DNA of 64,000 nt from Bacteroidota bacterium. Its GTDB lineage: Bacteria; Bacteroidota; Bacteroidia; 2-12-FULL-35-15. Made by a program: the position numbers and the translations under genes. Location: positions 25,568 through 89,567 of the forward strand of contig JAHEXZ010000015.1 in NCBI GenBank assembly GCA_023251835.1, read 5' to 3'. Shown here piece by piece: positions 52,805 to 62,915 of the stretch (its first letter is position 1; each line of letters starts with the position of its first letter). The notes under the pieces are model-generated. The model made no database searches. It saw only the letters and a list, made by a program, of their open reading frames with translations, and was not told where the DNA came from.

Positions 52805-54100
52805 TTAAATTATTTTTTTTTCTTTCAGAATTACCATTTCTTCTTCGGTAACACCACATGATTTATATACTGCATCGTTATGTTCACCTAAACGAGGAGC
52901 TCCTTCTACCTGAAAATTATTTTTTATCAGAAAATCGGTATGGTGTGAAGGCGGAGAAAGTTTTGCTTCTTTTCCATCAGGAAGTTTTGTTTTTACCATT
53001 GCATTGCATACATATTCAAGAGCGGCAACTTCTTTGATGGAATTTACCGGGGCAACGGAGAGATTCAGCGAGATGCATAAATCATAAAATTCTTTGGTAG
53101 TATAATTTTTTGTGAGCGTACCGATTTCTTTATAGATATTTTCTTTGTCTTTCATTCGGCCTTCGTTTGTTTTACGCATTGGTTTTGCCAATGACTCAAA
53201 TCTTTCCAACGAAGTGAATTTTGCCCACTGGGAATCATTTCCTATTGCGAGATAAATAAAACCGTCTTTTGTAGGATAGGCATTGCACGGAATAAAACTG
53301 CGATGTTCGTTTCCACTTCGTTGAAAAAGTTCGTCATCGCTTTTTACAAAATTCAATTGTGGAAGAGCGGTAATCAGCCAGCTTGCTGCACATTGCGCCA
53401 TTGATATGTGAATTTCTTTGCCAGGCTCTTCTAAATCTTCTACATAGGGAAAGACTTTGTTGTCCGGTACTTTTTTGAGTTCTGAAATTTCCTCTCTATC
53501 CTTTGGAGGCGGGGTGGGGGAGAGGTATTTTTGTTCCAGCATTGCAAGTAACACCTGTGTAAAAGCTTCTTCACCCGCTTTCAAATCAATGATGGGTATT
53601 CCACATGGAACAGGTTTTCCGCTGGGTTCGCCCGTGAGAAAGGTGTAGCCAAGTAATGCCTGCAATGCGGGGTCGTAGCCAGCGCGTTCAGGATGTGCAG
53701 GACCCATCGCTGAAATACCGCACCATATTAAGTTGGGATTTGCTTCGCGCAATGTTTCAAAATCAATTCCCAGTTGTTTGTATCTTTTCGGAAGCGTATT
53801 GCACATAAATACATCAACTCTTAGTTCCCGGATAATTTTTTTCAGCAGTTCCTGCCCTTCTTTTTTCTTAAGATTAATTGTGATAGCTTCCTTCCCAACA
53901 TTTGGGGCGATGTAGTAAGAATGTAAATCATGAAATCCTAAGTTTGCACCGATATAGCGGTTTGGGTCTCCCGCATTTTCATCTCCTTCGGCAGGCGATT
54001 CAATACGAATCACTCTCCATCCCAACTGCACAAAGCGTTGAGTGGCATAAGGCAAAGCCAGAGCCTGTTCAAGTGATAATATTGTTTTCTTTTCCAGCAT
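52805..54100 (-). CDS. Family III (CaiB/BaiF) CoA-transferase with an acidic insertion
   Basis: Contains LPYATQRFVQLGWRVIRIESP..GDPNRY. 431 aa. The start lies 2 nt after the mutase stop. Confidence 0.75.
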   Translation of the reverse strand: MLEKKTILSLEQALALPYATQRFVQLGWRVIRIESPAEGDENAGDPNRYIGANLGFHDLHSYYIAPNVGKEAITINLKKKEGQELLKKIIRELRVDVFMCNTLPKRYKQLGIDFETLREANPNLIWCGISAMGPAHPERAGYDPALQALLGYTFLTGEPSGKPVPCGIPIIDLKAGEEAFTQVLLAMLEQKYLSPTPPPKDREEISELKKVPDNKVFPYVEDLEEPGKEIHISMAQCAASWLITALPQLNFVKSDDELFQRSGNEHRSFIPCNAYPTKDGFIYLAIGNDSQWAKFTSLERFESLAKPMRKTNEGRMKDKENIYKEIGTLTKNYTTKEFYDLCISLNLSVAPVNSIKEVAALEYVCNAMVKTKLPDGKEAKLSPPSHHTDFLIKNNFQVEGAPRLGEHNDAVYKSCGVTEEEMVILKEKKII

Positions 54101-54102
54101 TC

Positions 54103-55749
54103 TTAAAAGAAAATCGGTTCGTTATATTCTCCATAAACTTCTTTCAGCACACCTATGATTTCTCCAACAGTTGCATATTCCTTTACTGCGGAAATAATGG
54201 ATGGCATGAGGTTATTGTTTTTCTTTGCATCCTCTCTGACAGCATCAAGTAGTTTTTTCATTTCGTCATTATTTCTTTCTGCGCGTTTCTTTTTCAGTTT
54301 TTCCACTTGCTTCTTTGCCGCTTCTACATTATATGGATGAAATTCTACAGAGTGCTTCTCTTCTTCTTTGCGATAACAATTCACGCCTACTTTTAAAATT
54401 TTTCCTTCCTGGGTTGCTTTTTCACGCTCATATGCCTGGTATGAAACGGCTTCCTGAATTTTTCCGGTTGCAACTGCATTGATGATTCCTCCCCACTTAT
54501 CCACTTCCTTCATGGATTCACAGATTGCGTTTTCAAACTGATTTGTGAGCGTTTCAATATAGTACGAACCACCAAGTGGGTCAACCGTATCGCAAACTCC
54601 CACTTCGTGCATCATTATTTGCATAGTGCGTAGTGCAATTTCCGCAGCTTTTTCGGTGGGAATGGTGAATGCTTCATCATAAGTGCAGAGTGCCATGGTT
54701 TGAGTTCCTGAAAGCGCACTTACGAGCGCATAGTAAGCTGTTCTCACAATATTGTTTTCTGGCTGCTCCTTGGTCAGGCCCGCCCCACCGCCTCCTGCAA
54801 TCATTCTTAACCAGCATGATTCATCTTTCTTAGCATGATATTCTTCACGCATAATTTTTGCCCACAACCTTCTTCCGGCACGGAACTTTGCAATCTGCTC
54901 AAATAAATTTCCGTAGATATCAAAATTGTAAGAGAGGCGGGATGCAAATTCGTCAATATCAATTCCGCGTTTCATTGTTTCATCAGAATATGCTTTCGCG
55001 ATGCAAAATGCATATGCCATTTCCTGAACAGGGTTTGCTCCTGATTCACGGATATGATAACCGCACACGCTTACAGGCGAGTATTTTGGGACATGTTTTG
55101 CACAGTATTCAATTGTATCTACAACTAATTTTACCGATTTATCAACGGGGAAAATCCAGGTTCCGCGGCCGATAAATTCTTTAAGAATATCATTCTGTGC
55201 CGTACCCCGGAGATTTTTTAAATCATATCCGCGCTTTTCAGCAAGAGCAAAATACATTGCCATCAGTACAATTGCAGAACCGTTGATAGTCATTGACACG
55301 GTAATTTTATCCAAATCAATTCCTTTAAATGCAATTTCAAAATCTTCTAGTGTATCAATCGCCATTCCCACCCGACCTACTTCGCCAAGTGCACGTGAGT
55401 CGTCTGAATCCAACCCACATTGCGTAGATAAATCAAATGCTACATTCAAACCGGTTTGCCCGTTTTTAATCAGAAACTGAAAACGTTCATTGGTCTCTTC
55501 AGGCGAAGCAAAACCTGCATATTGCCTGATAGTAAATGGACGCTTACGGTACATCAGTGGGTGGATGCCTCGTGTAAATGGGTATTGACCAGGAAGTTCT
55601 TCCTCCGTATTGAGATTTTTTCCGTAAGCATCTTTGAAAGTATAGACAGGCTTAACCTCAAAACCCGATTCGAGAAATACTTTTTTTATTTCTTCACTTC
55701 GGCTCTGCTCAGTGCAGGCTTTCTTTTTATCTGTGGTCTTTTTTTCCAT
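54103..55749 (-). CDS. Methylmalonyl-CoA mutase-family catalytic (large) subunit
   Basis: Contains FTIRQYAGFASPEETN, GLNVAFDLSTQCGLDSD and NDILKEFIGRGTWIFP. Confidence 0.85.
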   Translation of the reverse strand: MEKKTTDKKKACTEQSRSEEIKKVFLESGFEVKPVYTFKDAYGKNLNTEEELPGQYPFTRGIHPLMYRKRPFTIRQYAGFASPEETNERFQFLIKNGQTGLNVAFDLSTQCGLDSDDSRALGEVGRVGMAIDTLEDFEIAFKGIDLDKITVSMTINGSAIVLMAMYFALAEKRGYDLKNLRGTAQNDILKEFIGRGTWIFPVDKSVKLVVDTIEYCAKHVPKYSPVSVCGYHIRESGANPVQEMAYAFCIAKAYSDETMKRGIDIDEFASRLSYNFDIYGNLFEQIAKFRAGRRLWAKIMREEYHAKKDESCWLRMIAGGGGAGLTKEQPENNIVRTAYYALVSALSGTQTMALCTYDEAFTIPTEKAAEIALRTMQIMMHEVGVCDTVDPLGGSYYIETLTNQFENAICESMKEVDKWGGIINAVATGKIQEAVSYQAYEREKATQEGKILKVGVNCYRKEEEKHSVEFHPYNVEAAKKQVEKLKKKRAERNNDEMKKLLDAVREDAKKNNNLMPSIISAVKEYATVGEIIGVLKEVYGEYNEPIFF

Positions 55750-55768
55750 CGGAATTATTTAGTCGATC

Positions 55769-56152
55769 TTAAATTCTCCCTTTTAAATCCTTAATATAAC
55801 CTACCACTGTTTCAATGGTTGTTCCTGTGGCAAATGCTTTTTTTGCTCCTGATTTTTCAAGAGAAGAAACATCTTCGGCTGGAATATTTCCTCCCACTAT
55901 CCAGGGAATTTGCAAACTACTTTTTTTCATTTCCTCATTCATCTTTTCGCAAAGAATCTGGTGAGTTCCTGAAAGAATAGATAACCCAATCACAGCCGGA
56001 TTTTCTTTTTTCGCGCGTGCTACAATATCTTCAATAGATTTTCTTAAACCTGTATAAACCACTTCATGTCCTGCTTCTTTCAATGCGTGCGCCAGCACTT
56101 TTACACCTACATCGTGGCCATCCAGTCCGGGTTTTGCTAAAAGTATTTTCAT
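55769..56152 (-). CDS. Cobalamin-binding small subunit of the mutase
   Basis: MKILLAKPGLDGHDVG carries the DxHxxG B12 motif. I prefer the ATG at 56152 over the track start at 56218. Confidence 0.8.
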   Translation of the reverse strand: MKILLAKPGLDGHDVGVKVLAHALKEAGHEVVYTGLRKSIEDIVARAKKENPAVIGLSILSGTHQILCEKMNEEMKKSSLQIPWIVGGNIPAEDVSSLEKSGAKKAFATGTTIETVVGYIKDLKGRI

Positions 56153-56243
56153 TCTTGTTGTGATTACGAATGTTATAATATACTGAACGAATGGGTTTAC
56201 TGGTTTTTGCAAACTCATTCAGTTGAAGTATAAATTACAGAGA

Positions 56244-58325
56244 TTAATTACTCATTACTTTATCATATTCACTTCCCACTCTTCCTTTCCTGCATAGTTT
56301 GGTGACCATAAAATCAGCAGAGTGTTTTGCCTGAATGCTTACGGCTTTATCCAGAGTGGTATTGCACGCTGCTTCCACACAATCGGTTATGGCTTTCATG
56401 GCTTCCCTCATTCCATTTGCATTAGCAAGTAATTTTTCATCAAAAGGAAGTTTTCCTAATGGTTTTTCATCTACTTTTCTCAGAGGCAGAACCGAAGTTC
56501 CTTTCTGTATAATTTGCCATGCTTTCTTCAAACAGTTTTCAAGTGAATCAGAATAATCAGCCAGCCAGCCAACAGTTTCTTTTGCTTTGATTTGTTTTCC
56601 CTGCAACAACATATTCAGCAAATACTTTCTGTCTTCTTTTTTTGCTTTCCGGATTGCCCAATGGCAGCCCTCCATTCCTGGAACTACAGGAAGTGTTACT
56701 TCAGGCATGGAGAAAACTGTATTTTCATCTGCGATAAGATAATGACAATGCATCATTAACTCCAGCATTCCACCCATGCACCGTTTACCGTTTACAAAGC
56801 CAATTGAAATTTCAAATTCGTTATATAATCTCCGTGCAGTTGCCGACCATGTGGAGGCAATGCGTTCGCCTTCTTTCACTTCAGTAATGGCAGGGAAAAA
56901 TTCATTCGTATCAGCACCTACCATTTGGGTGGAAAGATGAAAATCGCTTGTAACAATCACGCGCCTTATTTTATTTTTCTTCAGCCAGTCAATGGCACGG
57001 TTTATTTCGTCATTCACATCGCTGTTATAGCTCTCGCGGGAGATAGTAATCACTCCTGCTTTTCCATCATGTTCAGCATTTACATAAAGCTGCTGCCATT
57101 CGGGCGAATTTATCTTTTTAAATTCTTCAGGATACCATTTTGTTTTTGCTGATTCGGGATGAAGTTTGTGATATTTTTTTACGGTATTAATTACCTCATC
57201 GGTACCGAGGTTTCTTGCCATAGCAAGAAGTCCTTTTGTAAACTGCGCGCAGAGCTCTGCAATGGCATTCATCGAAGAAAGATTGGAGCGCTTTTCTTTC
57301 AGCATAATGGAAGTCATCTGGAAAAGCGGACCAAGAATCATAGTTCGTAAAATTTCATCATCATCTTTATCCTTGCTCCAGTTCACCATTGGTCGGAAAT
57401 GGTCAAGAGGATACCAGTTTTGTCCACTGTCTTTGTGTTCATCTAAATCTTTCGTAGGTGTGAAAAGAGCTCCATAATTTTTGCTTAAGTGGTACAGGCA
57501 GGACCAAGTCAGAAAATTTGCGCCTTTAGCTCCGATAGCATCATGTGCACGGAAAGGATTAGGGCCAACGAGCTGACGGATGTATTTATCTGCTTTCCAG
57601 AAAGGTGTATTAGTTTGTTCGTGATAACGTAAGCCTGCGAGCATGAGCCCACAGAAGAATACATCGAGCACAAACGACCAGTCATCGCTCACTTCAACAG
57701 GAATCAACCCAAGCGACCAAAGTAATTGAGTAGCTGCTGATGGTTTGTCTTCAACGATTTCAAAAATTTTATTGATTTCGTGTGGGAAAGCAGGATGAGC
57801 GATGTTCACTCCCAGTTGTGATGAAGGAAAACCGGAAGTAACAGAATAAATGGTGATACCGGGAAATTTTTTCCTAAAAAGTTCATAGTGTCCTTTTTTC
57901 AATTCAAGAATTTCAGGAATTGCTTCTAAAAGGAATTTTGGTTTATAAGCTGCCAGAGAATCAGGAAGTGTTTTTCCATCATAGGTGAGACGGATAATAT
58001 TTTTCATGATATTATCCGCATCTTCTTTTCCGAATGCTTTTTGCAAACCACTATATTGCTTTCCTATTCCATCGGGAGCACCAGGCAAATCGAGTGCGAT
58101 GATTGGGATATTGTAAGGCAAAAGTCGTGAAGCAAATTGCATCACTTTTCCTGCACCTACAATTCCGTTGGCTCCGGAAATTACTATGGCTCCTCTGTTG
58201 TTTGGTTTCCCGAAAACTTTGTCAACTAACTCTGAAGTATTCACTGGAAGTTTTCCGTTCTGAAATATTTCTAACACTGTTCCTAATCCTAGGGTTTCAA
58301 GTGTTGATTGTCGCATTGAATTCAT
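56244..58325 (-). CDS. Bifunctional 3-hydroxyacyl-CoA dehydrogenase (N-terminal) / enoyl-CoA hydratase-fold (C-terminal) protein
   Basis: The N-terminus has GANGIVGAGKV and EAIPEILELKK..TSG...HPAFP. The C-terminal half is crotonase-like (GVITISRESYN...). Confidence 0.65.
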   Translation of the reverse strand: MNSMRQSTLETLGLGTVLEIFQNGKLPVNTSELVDKVFGKPNNRGAIVISGANGIVGAGKVMQFASRLLPYNIPIIALDLPGAPDGIGKQYSGLQKAFGKEDADNIMKNIIRLTYDGKTLPDSLAAYKPKFLLEAIPEILELKKGHYELFRKKFPGITIYSVTSGFPSSQLGVNIAHPAFPHEINKIFEIVEDKPSAATQLLWSLGLIPVEVSDDWSFVLDVFFCGLMLAGLRYHEQTNTPFWKADKYIRQLVGPNPFRAHDAIGAKGANFLTWSCLYHLSKNYGALFTPTKDLDEHKDSGQNWYPLDHFRPMVNWSKDKDDDEILRTMILGPLFQMTSIMLKEKRSNLSSMNAIAELCAQFTKGLLAMARNLGTDEVINTVKKYHKLHPESAKTKWYPEEFKKINSPEWQQLYVNAEHDGKAGVITISRESYNSDVNDEINRAIDWLKKNKIRRVIVTSDFHLSTQMVGADTNEFFPAITEVKEGERIASTWSATARRLYNEFEISIGFVNGKRCMGGMLELMMHCHYLIADENTVFSMPEVTLPVVPGMEGCHWAIRKAKKEDRKYLLNMLLQGKQIKAKETVGWLADYSDSLENCLKKAWQIIQKGTSVLPLRKVDEKPLGKLPFDEKLLANANGMREAMKAITDCVEAACNTTLDKAVSIQAKHSADFMVTKLCRKGRVGSEYDKVMSN

Positions 58326-58346
58326 AGCTGAACTATTTTTTTGTTA

Positions 58347-59546
58347 TTAACTTACATGAAAAATTGATGCAATACCCACATCGCCTGCTGCGCAACCGAA
58401 AACCAGCACATAACCACCTCCTAAATCAACCGCTTCTTCCAATGCTTCCATCAAAATTCTGGTCAGAGTTGGTCCCTGTGGGTGCCCAAATACGAGTGGG
58501 CTTCCTGTGTTGTTCATTTTATGCCAGTCATAATTCATCACTTTGGCAAAGATGGCATCATTCACTGCAAACGGATTATGATCCTTTACCACTTTTATTT
58601 CTTTCATGGTTAACCCTGTTTGCTTTAGAAGTTTTTGTACTGCAAGTGCTGGTGCTTCAGGCATTAGTGAAGGGTTAGTACGTACTTCTGTTTTTGCTAT
58701 GAATGAAATTTCTATTTCAGGTTTTTTGCTTAATTGCTTAGCTTTTTCTTTTGTTGTCACAAGCAATGTTGCCATTCCATCTGCTGCGTGAGTTTGAGTT
58801 CCGCCAGTTACGCAGGAATCTAGTTCCCTCATGGCACGTAAAGCGTCAATGGAAATTTTCTTTACACCTGCATCTTCGGTAACCCATCCTGCAGATTTAC
58901 CCTGCACATTTAAGATTTCGAAAGGGAAAGCAACCCTGTTAAGGAAACCTGATTCTTTTGCGTTGAAATATTGTTCATAACGATAACAAGTAAGTTCATC
59001 CACTTCTTTTTTAGCAATCTTGTATTTTCTTGCAGCGAACCCTGCGGCATTCAGCATGGCTTTTCCGGTGGAGGGGTCGAACCCGAAGTTGTCCCATACA
59101 TCAGCGAGAACTTCAGTGCGTTTGTAACTTCTCCTTTCAGGAAAAACTCCCACGGGAGAATCGCTTGTGCGGTCAAAAGTGAGAACGCCAACGGCCTCGC
59201 TCGCTCCGCTCTGTACTTGCGCCCCGGCAAGAATCACTGCCTGTAATCCGGTTGCACATGCTTGTTCCATCTGAAAGCCGGGCAAACGTTTTCCCATACA
59301 GTTCGCAACTACAGTTGCGTTCCAGAATTTAAAATGCCACGGAACAGTTGAGCCTATAATCAGATAATCCAGATTGCTCACCGGAACTTTTCTTTTGTTC
59401 ATAATGCGTGCCATAGCCTCACCTGCAAACTGGCCTATATTTACCTCCGCCAGTGGAGACGTTTGCCATGCAGGAAAATAACTGCATCCCCATGTGCCGT
59501 AAGGAATATAGGCATTGGGAAACATTTTTTGAATTTTGTTTTTCAT
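58347..59546 (-). CDS. Thiolase-family acyltransferase
   Basis: Contains EQACATGLQAV (nucleophile Cys), GHPQGPT and FGCAAGD. Confidence 0.75.
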   Translation of the reverse strand: MKNKIQKMFPNAYIPYGTWGCSYFPAWQTSPLAEVNIGQFAGEAMARIMNKRKVPVSNLDYLIIGSTVPWHFKFWNATVVANCMGKRLPGFQMEQACATGLQAVILAGAQVQSGASEAVGVLTFDRTSDSPVGVFPERRSYKRTEVLADVWDNFGFDPSTGKAMLNAAGFAARKYKIAKKEVDELTCYRYEQYFNAKESGFLNRVAFPFEILNVQGKSAGWVTEDAGVKKISIDALRAMRELDSCVTGGTQTHAADGMATLLVTTKEKAKQLSKKPEIEISFIAKTEVRTNPSLMPEAPALAVQKLLKQTGLTMKEIKVVKDHNPFAVNDAIFAKVMNYDWHKMNNTGSPLVFGHPQGPTLTRILMEALEEAVDLGGGYVLVFGCAAGDVGIASIFHVS

Positions 59547-59558
59547 ACTCTGTTTGTT

Positions 59559-60689
59559 TTATAATCCGAGTTCCTTTGCAATATTTATTTTAAGAATTTC
59601 TGAAGTGCCTCCTCCAATAAGTGTAAAGCGTGAATCGCGGAGGTATCTTTCAATGTTGTATTCTGCTGCATAGCCGTAAGAAGCAAGTATACGACTGGCT
59701 TCATCGCAAATATGCACTGCACATTCTGAAGCATAAAGTTTTGCAATCATTGCTTCTTTTTGCCGGGGAAGATTTTTGTCGCTCAATGTTGCGGCATATA
59801 AAACATAATGCTTTGCGGTTTCTAATTGAACAGCCATGTCAGCAAACTTCATTTGTATTGCCTGAAATTTTCCAATCGGTTTTCCGAACTGTACTCTGGT
59901 TTTGGCATATTCAATCGTATCTTCGTAAGCTGCAGTAGCAACACCAATGGCAAGCGCGGCAGTCATAACCCTTATTTCTGCAAGAATTTCACGCAAACAT
60001 TTTGTTCCTTCACCAATCCCTCCGAGCAAATAATTTTTCGGAAGTTCCACATCTATAAAACCAACTTCACTGGTAACCGAAGCGCGAACACCCATTTTAT
60101 CAATACTTTTTCCAACCATTACACCTTTAATATTGGATGGAACAAAAAAGATAGAGAGTTGCTCGTGGTTATCTGTTCGAGCAAGTACGGTGAAGAAATC
60201 TGCAACAGGAGCTGATGTAACCCAGGTTTTTTGTCCATTAAGAATAAATCCGCTATCGGTAACTTTTGCTGTGGTTTTGATGGACATCAGGTCACTTCCT
60301 GCATTTGGCTCGGTCATACATATACCGCCAATCTTGTTTCCTTTTAATGCTTCTGAAAAGTATTTCTCTTTGATTTCATTATCTCCGAAACGATACAGAA
60401 AATAAGTTCCCATTAGCGATTGCATGGTACAGGCGGCAGCAAGTGAAAGCGAACCTTTTGCTAATTCAATAACGGCAAGCGAATATGAAACAATATCCAA
60501 CCCACTTCCTCCGGCACTTTCAGGGTAACGCATTCCGAAAAATCCAAGTTCGCCAACTTGTTTGAAAAGTTCTTTTGGGAATTTTTTTTCTTCATCCAAT
60601 GTTGCGGCAACAGGTTTCACTTTCTTCACGGAAAATTCACGGAAGGTTTGTTGAATTTGTTTTTGTACGTCTGTTAACTCAAAATCCAT
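59559..60689 (-). CDS. Acyl-CoA dehydrogenase
   Basis: Contains MTEPNAGSD and GQKTWVTS. The C-terminus has GGGTSEI. 376 aa. Confidence 0.88.
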   Translation of the reverse strand: MDFELTDVQKQIQQTFREFSVKKVKPVAATLDEEKKFPKELFKQVGELGFFGMRYPESAGGSGLDIVSYSLAVIELAKGSLSLAAACTMQSLMGTYFLYRFGDNEIKEKYFSEALKGNKIGGICMTEPNAGSDLMSIKTTAKVTDSGFILNGQKTWVTSAPVADFFTVLARTDNHEQLSIFFVPSNIKGVMVGKSIDKMGVRASVTSEVGFIDVELPKNYLLGGIGEGTKCLREILAEIRVMTAALAIGVATAAYEDTIEYAKTRVQFGKPIGKFQAIQMKFADMAVQLETAKHYVLYAATLSDKNLPRQKEAMIAKLYASECAVHICDEASRILASYGYAAEYNIERYLRDSRFTLIGGGTSEILKINIAKELGL

Positions 60690-60760
60690 TTTTCTTTTTT
60701 ACAGCTGCGATACTAAAGCACTACGTTATCTTTATGGTTTTATGGTTTCGCGATAAACAA

Positions 60761-61162
60761 TTATTCCGGTATTACAGCTATCGCTTCAATTTCAATTACC
60801 GCAGGGTGGTCCAATAAATCAACCACGAAAATCATACTCATACAGGGATAATGGCTACCTATAATTTCTTTCCACACTTTTCCAAGTTCTTTGCGCGAAG
60901 CAAGATATTGTTCACGGTCTTTGCAGAAGCAGGTCATCTTGCAGATATGCTCTGTTTTTCCACCTGCTTTTTTTACAATTGCCACAATATTTTTCAGAGC
61001 TTGTTCAAACTGCGGAACAAGTTTGTCGCTGGCGAATTTTTCTTCCGGAGTCCAGCCCACCTGTCCGGCCATATATAGCGTTTTCCCTTTTGCGGCAAGA
61101 ATACCGTTAGAATATCCTTTCGGAACAGGCCAGCCATCGGGTAATATAATCTCGTGAACCAT
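60761..61162 (-). CDS. RidA/YjgF-family protein
   Basis: 133 aa. The pattern is YMAGQVG...C.....VEIEAIAV. Confidence 0.75.
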   Translation of the reverse strand: MVHEIILPDGWPVPKGYSNGILAAKGKTLYMAGQVGWTPEEKFASDKLVPQFEQALKNIVAIVKKAGGKTEHICKMTCFCKDREQYLASRKELGKVWKEIIGSHYPCMSMIFVVDLLDHPAVIEIEAIAVIPE

Positions 61163-61187
61163 TTGCTTTGCTTTTACCGCAAGGTTG

Positions 61188-62915
61188 CTAAGACGCTAAG
61201 CTCTCTTTGCGTCTTGGCGACTTTGTGGTGAATTTTGTTTTAACACCATAAAATTTTGCTGCCATTTTTGCTGAAACCACTTCATTCTTCACATCCCACA
61301 GAACTTTTTCTTTGTTGCGTTTTTTCGGGTTTCCATAACCGCCTCCACCGCCTGCAATCTGACGATATAATGTTCCATCAGGGATTCCGTAAATCATATC
61401 CTTGCTCATCGGAACAATTTTTTTTCCGTTCTTGTATTTTAATCCAATTGTATTTAGCACACTTCCTTTGCCTCCGAAAAGTCCGTAATTTTTTTCCACA
61501 TCTCCATCACCGAAAACAACCATTGTAGTATCACCGCCACGCAGTAAAATTTTTGTTTCTGTTCCCAAACCACCCCGCCATTGTCCGGCACCTCCTGAAT
61601 CACACAAAAATTCATGCTGCAAAATAAGGTGAGGAGTTTGCTGTTCATACATTTCGTAATCCTGGTCGAGCACACCTCCTGAAGCGTCAATCATGCCGAT
61701 ATGGTCATAACCGTCATCGTCTTTGAGAGCTCCGCTTCCGCCTTTTAGGCCCATAAAGCAGATGTCGACATATTTTTTTTCTGTGCGTGGATGAATACCC
61801 GTAAAGAGTGAACACAAAAGATGATTCCACCCGGCAGTGATTCGGTCAGGAATAGCAGGCCCTAATGCTTTGAAAATAGAATCAGCTACCTGTGGGCATA
61901 AATGATTTCCGAAAGTGGTGGCAGCAGGATATGATGCATTGAGAATTGTTCCTTCGGGTACAATGTATTTCAGTGGCTTAATCATTCCTTCATTGTGTGG
62001 GATGTTCGGATTCACCATTTGCAGAAAGGTGAGCGTAATGGCAGAGCAGGTAGATGTATATGTTCCGTTTACAAATCCCTTTGTTTGAGGAGATGATTTT
62101 GAGAAATCAAAAGTGATTTCTTCATCTTTTACCGTGATTTTTGCGCGAATAGGAAATTTACTGCCCTTGTGTTTTCCATCATAATACACCATGCTTTTTC
62201 CTTCGTATATGCCGTTGGGGATATTTTTTATTTCGGCACGCATCATTTTTTCGGTAGAGTTGAACAATGCCTGCTTGTGTGTTTCAAATTTTTCCAGTCC
62301 GTATTTTTCAACGAATGCACTCAATCTTCTTTCACCCAGCGTACATGCGCCAATTTGCGCCTTTATGTCTTCCTGCACCATCTGCAAACGAATATTGGCA
62401 AAAATCAGATTCCAGACATCTTTTCTCAGTTTTCCTTTTTCATACAATTTCACTGCGGGAATGCGAATTGCTTCCTGCCATACTTCAGTAGCATTCGGAT
62501 TGTAACCACCTTGTACTGCACCACCAATATCGGCCTGGTGACCTTTGGCTGCCGACCATCCAACTAATGTGTTTTTTAAAAAAATGGGTTTGAAAATCGC
62601 TACATCATTGTTCTGATTTCCCATAGAGAAAACATCGTTGTGAATGATTACATCGCCTTCGTGAATATCATCACCGTATTGTTTCAGAATTTCTTTACAG
62701 ACGGGCCCGAGTGAAAAAGAAAGAATAGGAAGGTTTTCGGTTTGTTCCAGCATTTGTCCTCTTGCATCATACAAGCCCGTTACAAAATCCTTCGCTTCAC
62801 ACAAAATGGGCGAACGTGTTGTTTTGGTGAGTGAAATGCTCATCTCATCCGTGATAGACTTGAATGCGCGTTGGAAAATTGAAACCAATATTTTGTCAAT
62901 CTGCATTTGCTTCAA
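61188..62915 (-). CDS. Hydantoinase B/oxoprolinase-family (HyuB-type) subunit
   Basis: 575 aa. The N-terminal FQRAFKSITDEMSISLTKTTRSPILCEAKDF pattern is typical of HyuB. Confidence 0.8.
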   Translation of the reverse strand: MKQMQIDKILVSIFQRAFKSITDEMSISLTKTTRSPILCEAKDFVTGLYDARGQMLEQTENLPILSFSLGPVCKEILKQYGDDIHEGDVIIHNDVFSMGNQNNDVAIFKPIFLKNTLVGWSAAKGHQADIGGAVQGGYNPNATEVWQEAIRIPAVKLYEKGKLRKDVWNLIFANIRLQMVQEDIKAQIGACTLGERRLSAFVEKYGLEKFETHKQALFNSTEKMMRAEIKNIPNGIYEGKSMVYYDGKHKGSKFPIRAKITVKDEEITFDFSKSSPQTKGFVNGTYTSTCSAITLTFLQMVNPNIPHNEGMIKPLKYIVPEGTILNASYPAATTFGNHLCPQVADSIFKALGPAIPDRITAGWNHLLCSLFTGIHPRTEKKYVDICFMGLKGGSGALKDDDGYDHIGMIDASGGVLDQDYEMYEQQTPHLILQHEFLCDSGGAGQWRGGLGTETKILLRGGDTTMVVFGDGDVEKNYGLFGGKGSVLNTIGLKYKNGKKIVPMSKDMIYGIPDGTLYRQIAGGGGGYGNPKKRNKEKVLWDVKNEVVSAKMAAKFYGVKTKFTTKSPRRKESLAS

